From positions 16,428-80,427 of the forward strand of contig JAPLXU010000013.1 in NCBI GenBank assembly GCA_026395915.1: DNA of 64,000 bases, in the 5' to 3' direction. The translations under genes and the position numbers were made by a program. Below, one piece after another: positions 23,898 to 33,404 of the stretch. The stretch is from Candidatus Nomurabacteria bacterium (lineage in GTDB: Bacteria > Patescibacteriota > Minisyncoccia > Phycocordibacterales > UBA9973). Position 1 is the first letter of the stretch; every line of letters starts with the position of its first letter. The notes beneath the pieces are model-generated. The model saw only the letters and a program-made list of their open reading frames with translations. It made no database searches and was not told the origin of the DNA.

Positions 23898-25643
23898 ATG
23901 AAACAAGAAACAAAAAAATGTCAGAATTGCAAAAAAGAATTCACGATAGAGTCGGAAGATTTTAATTTTTACGAAAAAATAAGAGTGCCCGCGCCGACTT
24001 TTTGTCCTGAATGCAGATTGATCAAGCGTCTGCTTATGCGCAACGAGCGCACTCTTTATAAGCGAAAATGCGATTCTTGCGGTGAAGAAAAAATACTAGT
24101 TTTCCCGAAAGAAAGCGAATATAAAGTCTATTGCCACACTTGTTTTTACAGCGATGATTGGGACGGGCAAACTTATGAAAAAGATTACGATTTTTCTAAA
24201 ACTTTTTTTGAGCAATACAAAGAGCTATATGACAGTGTTCCCAGATTGGGAATTGCTAAACAAGGCTTTCAAGTGAACAGCGAATATGTAAATCGCGCGA
24301 GCGACGTGAAAAATTGTTATCTTATTTTTGCAAGCAACGTCAACGAAGATTGTTATTATGGCGTGGCATATTGGGAATCAAAAAATTGCATGGATTGCTA
24401 TAACGCACGAAAATGTGAGAGGTGTTATGAGTGCATAGATTGTTATAAATGTAACGGCGTGAAGTATTCGAAAGAATGCAACGAATGCATCGATTCCTAT
24501 TTCTTGAACAATTGTCGAAACTGCCAAAATTGTTTCGGTTGCACGAATTTAAGAAATAAAAGTTACTGCATTTTTAACAAGCAATACACGAGGGAAGATT
24601 ATTTGGCGACAATTTCCGAACTCAAGCTTTCGAACGGGGCGGAAATAGAGAAAATCGAAAAAGAAGTGAAAAAGGAATCTCTAAATTACGTTGTACCTTG
24701 CATCGTGGAAAAACATTCGGTGAATGTTTCCGGCAATTGGATTGAGAATTCAAAAAATGTGCAGAATTCTTATAATTGCGACAGGGTGGAAGATGGAAAA
24801 TATTTGTTTGGTGTTTCTGACGCCAAGGACGCTATGGATAACACATATTGGGGAGCAGGAAGCGAGCTAATTTATGAATCGTCCAGTATCGGCAGGCAAT
24901 GTTCGTCGGTATTTTTCTCGAATGAATCTTGGGATCAATTGGTACGAGCTGAGTATTGCATCAATTGTTTTGCTTCCTCGGACTTGTTTGGTTGTGTGGG
25001 GCTTCGCAAAAAGCAGTATTGCATTTTGAATAAACAATATACGAAAGAAGAGTACGAAGAATTGGTTCCTAAAATCAAAGAGCAAATGAAAAATATGCCT
25101 TTTGTGGACAACGTCGATAGAACTATCAGTTATGGCGAATTTTTCCCATCTGACATGCTTCCTTTTGCCTATAATGAATCTATAGCGCAAGAATATTTTC
25201 CAAAAACCGAAAAGGAAGCGCTTGCCGAAGGATATCGCTGGAGAAAACCGGATACGAAAAATTATGTTCCGACAATGTCGGCCGATGAATTGCCGAAAAA
25301 TATTAAACTGGTCAACGACAATATCACAAGTGAAATAATAGCTTGCGCGCACGAAGGGAAGTGCAACGAGCAGTGCACAACCGCTTTCAAAATTGTTTTC
25401 AATGAATTGCAATTTTACCGCGCAAACAATATACCGCTTCCGAAACTTTGCCCGAATTGCCGTCACTACGAAAGATTACTGAAACGCCAGCCGATAAAAC
25501 TCTGGCACAGGCAATGCATGTGTGACAAAGAAAATCACATTCACGGCGCGAATGTTTGCGAAACAGAATTTGAAACTTCATACGCTCCAGACAGGCCGGA
25601 GATTGTTTATTGCGAAAAATGTTATCAACAAGAAGTGTATTGA
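23898..25643 (+). CDS. Cys-rich multi-zinc-ribbon/CxxC-repeat protein, paralog B (unknown function)
   Basis: 581 aa. Same architecture and identical C-terminal 22 aa (TSYAPDRPE.VYCEKCYQQEVY). Central run of C-x2-C units at 9-12 aa spacing. Confidence 0.7.
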   Translation: MKQETKKCQNCKKEFTIESEDFNFYEKIRVPAPTFCPECRLIKRLLMRNERTLYKRKCDSCGEEKILVFPKESEYKVYCHTCFYSDDWDGQTYEKDYDFSKTFFEQYKELYDSVPRLGIAKQGFQVNSEYVNRASDVKNCYLIFASNVNEDCYYGVAYWESKNCMDCYNARKCERCYECIDCYKCNGVKYSKECNECIDSYFLNNCRNCQNCFGCTNLRNKSYCIFNKQYTREDYLATISELKLSNGAEIEKIEKEVKKESLNYVVPCIVEKHSVNVSGNWIENSKNVQNSYNCDRVEDGKYLFGVSDAKDAMDNTYWGAGSELIYESSSIGRQCSSVFFSNESWDQLVRAEYCINCFASSDLFGCVGLRKKQYCILNKQYTKEEYEELVPKIKEQMKNMPFVDNVDRTISYGEFFPSDMLPFAYNESIAQEYFPKTEKEALAEGYRWRKPDTKNYVPTMSADELPKNIKLVNDNITSEIIACAHEGKCNEQCTTAFKIVFNELQFYRANNIPLPKLCPNCRHYERLLKRQPIKLWHRQCMCDKENHIHGANVCETEFETSYAPDRPEIVYCEKCYQQEVY

Positions 25644-25663
25644 AAATATGCTAGAATAAAAAT

Positions 25664-27934
25664 ATGCGACTCAAGACACTTGAAATAAATGGCTTTAAAT
25701 CTTTTGCCCAGAAAACCGTTTTGGAATTCAATAACAGCATCGTCTGCGTGGTTGGCCCGAATGGTTCTGGAAAATCAAATGTTGTAGAAGCTCTCCGTTA
25801 TGTTTTGGGCGAGCAATCTATGAAGTCAATGCGCGGAAAGTCGGGTTTAGACCTTATTTTTAAAGGCTCAAAAAGCTTGTCCAAAGGTTCACGCGCCGGT
25901 GTCACAATCTATTTTGACAATTCCGACAAGGTTTTCAAACTTTCAAATAGCGAAGGAGGGGAGATAAATTTGAATTATGAAACTGTCAGCATTTCTCGCG
26001 AAGTTTATTCTGATGGATTGAACAAGTACATTTTGAATGGCTCGGAAGTTAGGTTGAAAGATATTCACAATCTCTTGGCGTCGGTCAATATCGGTTCCTC
26101 AGGACATCACATCATTTCTCAAGGTGAGGCGGATAGAATTTTAAACGCAAACATGGTGGACAGACGTGAGATGGTGGAAGACGCGCTCGGTCTCAAAATT
26201 TATCAATACAAAATAAAAGAAAGCGAGAGGAAACTCGAGCGAACGGAAGAAAACATGAAAGAGGTGACTCTTCAACGAAGAGAAAACGCTCCGCATTTGA
26301 ATTTTTTAAAAAAACAAGTAGAGAAGTTTGAGAAAGCAAAAGAAATGCAGGCCGACTTGGCTATTTTATATAAAGAATATTTAAGCAAGGAAAGTGTTTA
26401 TCTTGAAAATGAAAAAAACACGCTATCTCTTCAAAAAGATAAACTAAAAAGTGAACTTGAAAACGTTGCAAGCAAAATTTCAGCTACTGAAGATAACAAT
26501 TCTGCCGAGGGTAATAAAAAAATAAACGCCTTGCGTGTCGTTGAAGGCAATTTGAATTCTATTCGCGGAATGAAATCTGAAATGGAGCGCAAGCTCGGCA
26601 GAATAGAAGGAATGATCGAAATGGAAACTCGCAGGGCGGAACAAAATATCGCCGTTGTTGAAATTTCACAAGAAGAAATTAAAGCCGTTATCGCCGACAT
26701 CAACAATTCTATCGATGAAGCTATTTCCAAGAATGACGTGAGCGAAGTTAAACCAATTTTGGAGCGTATCAAAAGTATCTTGAAGAAATTCTCTTCGCAA
26801 AATACAGAAAAGTCCGGCGAAAATATCGAAATAAAAAATCTTAAACAAAGCCAGCAGGAGATTCTCGAAGAGATGAAGGGGATAGAGAGCAAGGAAAAAG
26901 ATATTGCAAAATCAGCAGAACTGCTCAAACAAGAAATAAACAAAGAGATGGAAGCCTTGCGGGATCTCGAACGAGAGAAATTCACTTGGAAGGTCAGGCA
27001 ACAAGAGTTGTCTTCTGCTTTAGAACTTACAGCGATCAAAGAAGGGAATCTAAAAAGCCGAACCGAAGCTTTTCTTAATGAGATAAAAGAAGGTGTGGCG
27101 CTGATCGGGCAAGAGATTTTGGCTTACAAAGATGAAGTTGCGGAAGCCTTGCTTCCGCCAGCTGGCGGAAGCAAGGCTTCCGCAACAACTCAAGAAGAAT
27201 TGAAACGCAAAATTGAAAGGATAAAAATAAAATTGGAAGATGCCGGCCTCGGCAGTGGCGCGGAAGTCCTGAAAGAATTCAAAGAAGTTTCGGAGAGGGA
27301 TGGATTTCTGGCTAAAGAAATGGAAGATTTAGCGAAAAGCATAGAGTCATTGGAAAAATTAATCGCAGATCTCAAAGAAAAAATAGATTTGGAATTCAAA
27401 GAAGGCGTTAGAAAAATCAATGTGGAATTTCAGGAATTTTTCTCTCTAATGTTCGGCGGGGGAACAGGTTCTCTTTCTATCGTGGTTGAAAATAAGAAGA
27501 AAAGGAAAAACGAGTTTGAAGAGGATGAATCTGTCGACGTCGAAAGCTCTGGCGAGTCGAAGGAAGAAATCGTGTTTGAAAAGGGGATAGAAATAAATGT
27601 TTCTCTTCCGCACAAGAAAGTCAAAGAGCTCAATGCTTTTTCAGGGGGAGAAAGATCGCTCACTTCCATCGCGCTTCTTTTTGCCATGTCGCAAGTCAAT
27701 CCGCCGCCATTTCTCGTTTTGGACGAGACCGATGCGGCGCTCGACGAAGCAAACTCTCGCAAATATGGAGACATGCTTGAGAAGTTGTCCAAACATTCAC
27801 AGCTCATCGTCGTCACCCACAATCGTGAGACGATGTCTCGAGCGGGTGTGCTTTATGGAGTGACGATAGGAAGCAACGGAGCCTCAAAACTTCTTTCTGT
27901 GAAATTCGACGAAGCAACTGCTATCGCGAAATAA
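25664..27934 (+). CDS. smc: SMC-family ATPase (short SMC-like chromosome segregation protein)
   Basis: N-terminal Walker A GPNGSGKSN. Long coiled coil. C-terminal signature FSGGERSLTSIALLFAM and Walker B/D-loop FLVLDETDAALD. 756 aa. Confidence 0.7.
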   Translation: MRLKTLEINGFKSFAQKTVLEFNNSIVCVVGPNGSGKSNVVEALRYVLGEQSMKSMRGKSGLDLIFKGSKSLSKGSRAGVTIYFDNSDKVFKLSNSEGGEINLNYETVSISREVYSDGLNKYILNGSEVRLKDIHNLLASVNIGSSGHHIISQGEADRILNANMVDRREMVEDALGLKIYQYKIKESERKLERTEENMKEVTLQRRENAPHLNFLKKQVEKFEKAKEMQADLAILYKEYLSKESVYLENEKNTLSLQKDKLKSELENVASKISATEDNNSAEGNKKINALRVVEGNLNSIRGMKSEMERKLGRIEGMIEMETRRAEQNIAVVEISQEEIKAVIADINNSIDEAISKNDVSEVKPILERIKSILKKFSSQNTEKSGENIEIKNLKQSQQEILEEMKGIESKEKDIAKSAELLKQEINKEMEALRDLEREKFTWKVRQQELSSALELTAIKEGNLKSRTEAFLNEIKEGVALIGQEILAYKDEVAEALLPPAGGSKASATTQEELKRKIERIKIKLEDAGLGSGAEVLKEFKEVSERDGFLAKEMEDLAKSIESLEKLIADLKEKIDLEFKEGVRKINVEFQEFFSLMFGGGTGSLSIVVENKKKRKNEFEEDESVDVESSGESKEEIVFEKGIEINVSLPHKKVKELNAFSGGERSLTSIALLFAMSQVNPPPFLVLDETDAALDEANSRKYGDMLEKLSKHSQLIVVTHNRETMSRAGVLYGVTIGSNGASKLLSVKFDEATAIAK

Positions 27935-27935
27935 G

Positions 27936-28668
27936 AACTACGGAGGCGTTGCCTCCGTAGTTCGGCTACAACTAATTATTATCAAAGTTAAGCCATTCAA
28001 ATAGCTCTTTTTTGTGATCGTCAGGATTTTTAAAATATTCAGGGAATTGAGAAGGATTTATAATTTTGAACTTTTTGTCTTTATATTCTTTTAAACTTGA
28101 ATATGAGTAAGAAAAAACATATTTTAGTAAATTTGCTACATTTCGATTTTTATTTTCTTTCCAGTTTTTATCTATTAGTTTTGCCGGATTTAAATGTATG
28201 TATGAATAAAGATATTTTAAATAATTATCACTGTTTGCGTGGATTGATTTGAATACACTCTCGTACAATTTTCCGGTCCTCTCATATTTTTTATTGAAAT
28301 ACATTGAATAACTGGTCATAAGTTTAAGCATATATTTTGAGATTCCGTGTTCTATTTTCTCATGAACCAGAATGTGAAAATGATTAGGCATTAGACAATA
28401 TGTTCCAATATCAATAATAGTTTCCCCACGATCAAAATTCTCGCCAATATTTCTTAATTCTATACTTTTTGCTGTGTTGCAGATGTACATTAAAAATAGG
28501 AAGTGCTTATGGTCCTGTTCATCCAGAAATATTGTTCTTTTTTCTGTACCACGATTATATAAATGATAATACTCACCTGGAGCAAAAACTTGTTTTCGTA
28601 AAGTCATGTATAAAGTATAGCAAATAACTACTACGGAGGCAATGCCTCCGTATGTTCTCCGTATGTTA
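27936..28668. mobile_element. IS200/IS605-like minimal element (tnpA only) with subterminal hairpins
   Basis: Hairpins tacggaggc-gtt-gcctccgta (27939-27959) and tacggaggc-aat-gcctccgta (28632-28652) flank the HUH transposase gene. Tandem ctccgtatgtt x2 at 28647-28668. Confidence 0.6.
27972..28607 (-). CDS. tnpA: IS200/IS605-family HUH-Y1 transposase (RAYT-like TnpA)
   Basis: HuH motif NHFHILV. Catalytic Tyr region YLYSYIHLNP. 211 aa. Paralogous to 61795-62451. Confidence 0.7.
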   Translation of the reverse strand: MTLRKQVFAPGEYYHLYNRGTEKRTIFLDEQDHKHFLFLMYICNTAKSIELRNIGENFDRGETIIDIGTYCLMPNHFHILVHEKIEHGISKYMLKLMTSYSMYFNKKYERTGKLYESVFKSIHANSDNYLKYLYSYIHLNPAKLIDKNWKENKNRNVANLLKYVFSYSYSSLKEYKDKKFKIINPSQFPEYFKNPDDHKKELFEWLNFDNN

Positions 28669-29673
28669 TTTCACTTTTTCTTCTTTACCTTGAATTATTT
28701 TTTCCGGCTGGAAAACGGAATTTAGTTGCACGGTGTCTTTTTTTACTGTCATTGAACCATCTTTGTTCAATCTCACTTCGAGGAGCATTCCTTTCATCGT
28801 CGGCGCGCTCCAAGATTGATCAAAAATAAAGTTACCGAGAGAATAAGCGATGAAACTCGCGCACGAACTTTGAGTGCAATCTTTTCTGCTGTAAACTTCC
28901 GTGTCTTCCACGACGTGTGGATGAGTTCCGATAATAATTTTCGCGCCGTCATCGACTGCACGATGCGCGAGGTATTCTTGTCTCGCATTGTGTTTCGGTT
29001 TATATTCATCGCCAAAATGAAATGCGACGACGAGATAATCGACTTGTTTTGTCGCATTTTTTATTATTTCGTCAAAACGCGGATCGCTCGCCAAGAGGAT
29101 TCCATTTTGTTCGGCAGTTGCTTTCATCCAATTTGGATCGACGTCAGAGAAGCCAAGAAATCCTATTTTCATTCCGTATTTTTCAACAATAACTGGCGTT
29201 TCCGCTTCGATATTATTTTGTCCTCCACCAGTGTAGGCTATTTCATTCTCTTTTAAACGCGAAAGGGTGTCTGCAAAAGCAAGACGACCCCAATCTCCGA
29301 CATGATTGTTTGCTACAGATAAAACGCTTATGCCCGCGCCTTTCAAAGCAGGAATTGTTTCGGGATCCATTCTGAAAGAATAAAGATTGTGCATGTCACT
29401 GCCTTGGTCCGAAGCGGTACCTTCTAAATTTGCAAAAGCGATGTCAGAATTTTTGAATTCGTCCACGTTTTCAAAAAGCGCCGAGTAATCGTTGCTGAAA
29501 TTTTTTACGACTGATTTTCTCACTCCGCGGTCAAGCATTATGTCGCCCCCGAAGGCGAGCGTTACAAATTCAGGAGCTTTGACTTCCGGTATTACAACTT
29601 TTTCTTCTACTAAAAAATAAACGGGGAAAAGTATTACAATAACAATAAAAAATATATAAAGAAATTTTTTCAT
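28666..29673 (-). CDS. capA: CapA/PgsA-family poly-gamma-glutamate synthesis metallophosphatase-like protein (membrane anchored)
   Basis: N-terminal TM. LAFGGDIM, ANLEG, VANNH, GIHPHV metallophosphatase-like motifs. Confidence 0.7.
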   Translation of the reverse strand: MKKFLYIFFIVIVILFPVYFLVEEKVVIPEVKAPEFVTLAFGGDIMLDRGVRKSVVKNFSNDYSALFENVDEFKNSDIAFANLEGTASDQGSDMHNLYSFRMDPETIPALKGAGISVLSVANNHVGDWGRLAFADTLSRLKENEIAYTGGGQNNIEAETPVIVEKYGMKIGFLGFSDVDPNWMKATAEQNGILLASDPRFDEIIKNATKQVDYLVVAFHFGDEYKPKHNARQEYLAHRAVDDGAKIIIGTHPHVVEDTEVYSRKDCTQSSCASFIAYSLGNFIFDQSWSAPTMKGMLLEVRLNKDGSMTVKKDTVQLNSVFQPEKIIQGKEEKVK

Positions 29674-31736
29674 ATCAAAACATATTCTATCGTCTTTCGT
29701 TCCAAATCAACTCCTTTCACTTTTATTTTGACTCGATCACCCAAGCGATATCTTTTTTTATTTTTTTGTCCAACTAATTCCAATTTCTTTTCATTGAAAA
29801 TATAAAAATCGTCTTTGAGATCTCGCACACGCACCAAGCCTTCACATTTTGTTTCTGCCTCCTCGACATAGAAACCCCATTCCGTGATTCCGCTTATTAT
29901 TCCCTCGAAACTTTCTCCTAAACGTTTAGACATGTATTCTGCTTGTTTGTATTTTATAGATGCTCGTTCGGCATCGGAAGCGCGTTTTTCTTGTTCGGAT
30001 GAAATTCGTGCGATTTTTTCATATTCAAACATGCGTTCTTTGCCGACTTTTTTACCAGACAAATAATTTGTAAGTAGTCTGTGCACTATTATGTCCGGAT
30101 ATCGCCTAATCGGGGAAGTGAAGTGCGTGTAATGAGAAAAGGCTAGACCGTAGTGCCCGATATTTTCTGTGGAGTAGATCGCTTTTGCCATAGACCTTAT
30201 GACTGCTCTGTTGACCGTATTTTCTTCAGTTTTTCCTTCCAATTTTTTGAGGAGATTATTTATCTCATGACTGGGGATGATTCCGTTTACCAAGGATATC
30301 TTGTGTCCCAAGCTTCGCAGGAAGAATGCCAAGTCGTGCATCTTTTCTTTGCTTGGAAGATCGTGAATGCGGTACAAAGAAATGCTTTCATCTTTTTTAT
30401 CTTTCATTTTTTTTGGAGACAAAACCTGCGCCACTTTTTTGTTTGCTAAAAGCATAAATTCTTCAACCAATCTGTTTGAATCGCCTCGTTCTTTGGTGAT
30501 TACTTTTGTCGGGACTCCATCTTTGTCCAATACGAATTTCACTTCTTCTTGTTCGAGCGATATAGCGCCTTGCGCGAATCTTTCTTTAGTAAGTTTTTTA
30601 GCCAGATCATTTAATATCGACAATTCTTTGTGAAATGGCGCTTCTCTATTTTTGATTGATTCTTCTGCTTCCTCATAGGTGAATCTTTTTTGAGAATGAA
30701 TAACTGTGCGTCCGAACCATTCACTTTTAATCTTGGCATTTTTATCCACGACAAAAACCGCGCCCATCGTGAGTCTGTCTTTGTTCGGCACCAAACTACA
30801 CAAATCGTTCGAAAGTTCTTCCGGTAGCATAGGTATCGTCCTATCCACCAAATACACCGAGGTCCCGCGTTCGCGAGCTTCGAGATCAAGCGCGCTACCT
30901 ATTTTCACATAGTGCGAAACATCAGCGATATGAATGCCGATTTCATAGAGATCTTCTTCTACATAAACCTGCTTTTTTTCAGGTCCTCGGTTCTCCGGGG
31001 CCCCGACCCCGGCCAGACCATGAAAAAAAGCAGGTTTATGTTTCAGACCACAAAACGAAATTGCATCGTCGAAATCTTTTGCGTCAGATGGGTCGATAGT
31101 GAATGTCAAAGTTTTTCTAAAATCTCTGCGTCCCGCATAATCGCTTTCCTTTATACCTTGCCTTTTTATCTCCAAAGCTTCGTGCTCCACATTTTTTGGC
31201 AGTTCCGAATCGAAACCTTTTTCTATGGCGATAGCATGCATTTCGACGTTATTATCTCCCGGATTTCCCAAAATTTTAATAACTTTTCCTTCCGGCATTT
31301 TTCGGGAGTCAGACCAAGAAATTATTTCCACGAAAACTTTCTGACCAACCCTTGCGCCGTTTAACATATTTTCTGATACCAATATATCTATGTACATTTT
31401 CGGATCGTCAGGATTCAAGGAAAAAATATGGTTCTTTGATTCTAATATTCCAACAAAACGCATTTTAGCGCGAGTGATTATTTTTGTTACTTCAGCAGTC
31501 TGTCTTGACTTACCTTTTGAATGCAAAACAATTTCCACCATGTCTCCATGCAAAGCAGTATTCAAATGCTTGAAATCAACTTCAGGATCTTGTTTATCTT
31601 TCTTATTTCCAGTTCCAATAGCGACATATCCAGTGCCTTTTCCTGAAATGGAAATAATGCCCTGCAATCTATTTATTTTCGCTTCTTCATGTCTTCTTTG
31701 GTGTTTCATTCCTTTTAATATAGCATAAAAGTGCAA
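29670..31736 (-). CDS. rnr: Ribonuclease R (RNase II/R family 3'-5' exoribonuclease)
   Basis: N-terminal cold-shock/OB domains. RNB catalytic motif HIADVSHYV. C-terminal S1 domain. 4-nt overlap with capA. Confidence 0.85.
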   Translation of the reverse strand: MHFYAILKGMKHQRRHEEAKINRLQGIISISGKGTGYVAIGTGNKKDKQDPEVDFKHLNTALHGDMVEIVLHSKGKSRQTAEVTKIITRAKMRFVGILESKNHIFSLNPDDPKMYIDILVSENMLNGARVGQKVFVEIISWSDSRKMPEGKVIKILGNPGDNNVEMHAIAIEKGFDSELPKNVEHEALEIKRQGIKESDYAGRRDFRKTLTFTIDPSDAKDFDDAISFCGLKHKPAFFHGLAGVGAPENRGPEKKQVYVEEDLYEIGIHIADVSHYVKIGSALDLEARERGTSVYLVDRTIPMLPEELSNDLCSLVPNKDRLTMGAVFVVDKNAKIKSEWFGRTVIHSQKRFTYEEAEESIKNREAPFHKELSILNDLAKKLTKERFAQGAISLEQEEVKFVLDKDGVPTKVITKERGDSNRLVEEFMLLANKKVAQVLSPKKMKDKKDESISLYRIHDLPSKEKMHDLAFFLRSLGHKISLVNGIIPSHEINNLLKKLEGKTEENTVNRAVIRSMAKAIYSTENIGHYGLAFSHYTHFTSPIRRYPDIIVHRLLTNYLSGKKVGKERMFEYEKIARISSEQEKRASDAERASIKYKQAEYMSKRLGESFEGIISGITEWGFYVEEAETKCEGLVRVRDLKDDFYIFNEKKLELVGQKNKKRYRLGDRVKIKVKGVDLERKTIEYVLI

Positions 31737-31769
31737 ATACTTTGCTTTTTTTAGTTTTTATGTTAGGCT

Positions 31770-32096
31770 ATGCCTATGTTAAAAATAAGATTACAGAGAA
31801 TAGGCAGGAAGAACGATCCATCTTTTCGGGTGGTTTTGACTGATTCTAAAAACAGCACCAAGAGCGGAAGGTTTTTGGAATTGCTCGGCACTTATAACCC
31901 AAAGGCCGTAGATAAGAAAACAAGGACGAGTTTTGTTGATGACAGAATAAAATACTGGATGTCGCAAGGAGCGAAATGTTCAGACACAATGCACAATTTT
32001 TTAGTACAAGGCAAAATCATAGAAGGCAAGAAAATAAACGTTCTCCCAAAGAAAAAACCAACGGTAAAAAGAAAAGAATTGAAAGCTAAAAAATAA
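31770..32096 (+). CDS. rpsP: 30S ribosomal protein S16
   Basis: MPMLKIRLQRIGRKNDPSFRVVLTDSKNSTKSGRFLELLGTYNP. Confidence 0.85.
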   Translation: MPMLKIRLQRIGRKNDPSFRVVLTDSKNSTKSGRFLELLGTYNPKAVDKKTRTSFVDDRIKYWMSQGAKCSDTMHNFLVQGKIIEGKKINVLPKKKPTVKRKELKAKK

Positions 32097-32203
32097 CTTG
32101 CCTCGCTGTGGTGAGGTAGAGTATAATTACAGGTAGAGCAGTATTTCAGGTCGTAAAACTGCCAAGATATTAAATTAAAAATTAAAATAATCCTGAAACA
32201 CAT

Positions 32204-32548
32204 ATGGAAGAAGCAGACAAGGTATTTTTGGAATATGTAGTGAAGGCTCTCGTTGACAATCCGAACGATATAAAAATCGATCGCACTGTTGACGAAATGG
32301 GAGTGCTTATCAGTCTCACTGTGAATCCTGCCGACATGGGCAAGATTATCGGAAGAATGGGAAACACTGCCAAAGCTATTCGCACTCTTCTCCGAATCAT
32401 CGGTATGAAGAACAATGCTCGCGTGAATTTGAAAATCAACGAGCCGGAAGGAAGCACGAGACCTGAGAGGTCCATGGGCGCAAGTAGCGTTGCTCCTTCT
32501 TCGCTGAAGACTGTTGACCAAGCGATGGAAGACCTTAAGGGTATATAA
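32204..32548 (+). CDS. KH-domain RNA-binding protein (YlqC/UPF0109-like)
   Basis: GKIIGRMGNTAKAIRTLL KH (GXXG) motif. Conserved rpsP-KH-trmD neighbourhood. Confidence 0.7.
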   Translation: MEEADKVFLEYVVKALVDNPNDIKIDRTVDEMGVLISLTVNPADMGKIIGRMGNTAKAIRTLLRIIGMKNNARVNLKINEPEGSTRPERSMGASSVAPSSLKTVDQAMEDLKGI

Positions 32549-32601
32549 TTAGTTTCTTCCAGATAGTGCTTAAGTACTATCTGGCTAGGTTCTAGTGAAA
32601 G

Positions 32602-32636
32602 GCCCAGAGCAATCTGGGCTTTTCGTTTGCTTTTTT
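32602..32636 (+). terminator. Intrinsic terminator after KH gene
   Basis: gcccaga-gcaa-tctgggc followed by ttttcgtttgctttttt. Confidence 0.5.
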
Positions 32637-32674
32637 ATACTAGAAGCTATAACCTAGAAGCTATAACCTAATTT

Positions 32675-33367
32675 ATGCGTTTTCATATAATCACAATTTT
32701 TCCGGAGATTTTCGATTCATACATTCATGAATCTATTTTAGGGCGGGCGATAAAAAACAAACTTGTAGAAATGAAATTTTACAATCCGCGAGATTTTGTT
32801 AAAGTGCCGAAGAATAAAAATCAGAATAATTATAAACCGGTGGATGACAGACCATATGGTGGGGGACCGGGCATGGTGATGAGAGCCGAGCCGATTTTGT
32901 CTGCCGTCGCCAAAGCTATGACGGACAAGAAAGTTAAAAAAGGCAAAGTTAAAATTATTATTTTTTCCCCCTCAGGAAAAAAGTTTGATACGGCTTACGC
33001 AAAAAAATCTGCGCAAAAATACACGGACATTGTCCTAATTTCTGGACGTTATGAAGGCATAGATGCCCGAGTGCAAAAGATTTTACGCGCGGAAGAAATT
33101 TCAATAGGCGATTATGTGCTGACTGGCGGTGAACTTCCAGCGATGGTTTTGATAGATTCTATTTCTCGTCAAATTCCGGGAGTTTTAGGCAAGTTTGAGT
33201 CTCTAGAAGAAGAAAGAGTTTCCAGTAGTGAAGTTTACACCCGTCCGGAAATTTTGAAATATCCCTTCGGCAAGGCTCAGGGTAAAAATTATAAAGTTCC
33301 AAAGGTCTTATTGTCAGGCAATCACAAGCTTATTGAAAACTGGAAAAAATCTAAAGGTAACTTGTAG
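32675..33367 (+). CDS. trmD: tRNA (guanine37-N1)-methyltransferase
   Basis: MRFHIITIFPEIF. SPOUT knot motifs (IISGRYEGIDARV; GDYVLTGGELPAMVLIDSI). Confidence 0.85.
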   Translation: MRFHIITIFPEIFDSYIHESILGRAIKNKLVEMKFYNPRDFVKVPKNKNQNNYKPVDDRPYGGGPGMVMRAEPILSAVAKAMTDKKVKKGKVKIIIFSPSGKKFDTAYAKKSAQKYTDIVLISGRYEGIDARVQKILRAEEISIGDYVLTGGELPAMVLIDSISRQIPGVLGKFESLEEERVSSSEVYTRPEILKYPFGKAQGKNYKVPKVLLSGNHKLIENWKKSKGNL

Positions 33368-33404
33368 TGTTTGTTTTTTGGAATTATGGTATGATAAAAA
33401 GCGT

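Noticed and set aside
26431-27822. Antisense ORFs inside the SMC-like gene (26431-27039, 27430-27822 minus)
   Set aside because: They overlap a conserved ATPase gene on the other strand with Ser/Phe-rich low-complexity products, so they are spurious.
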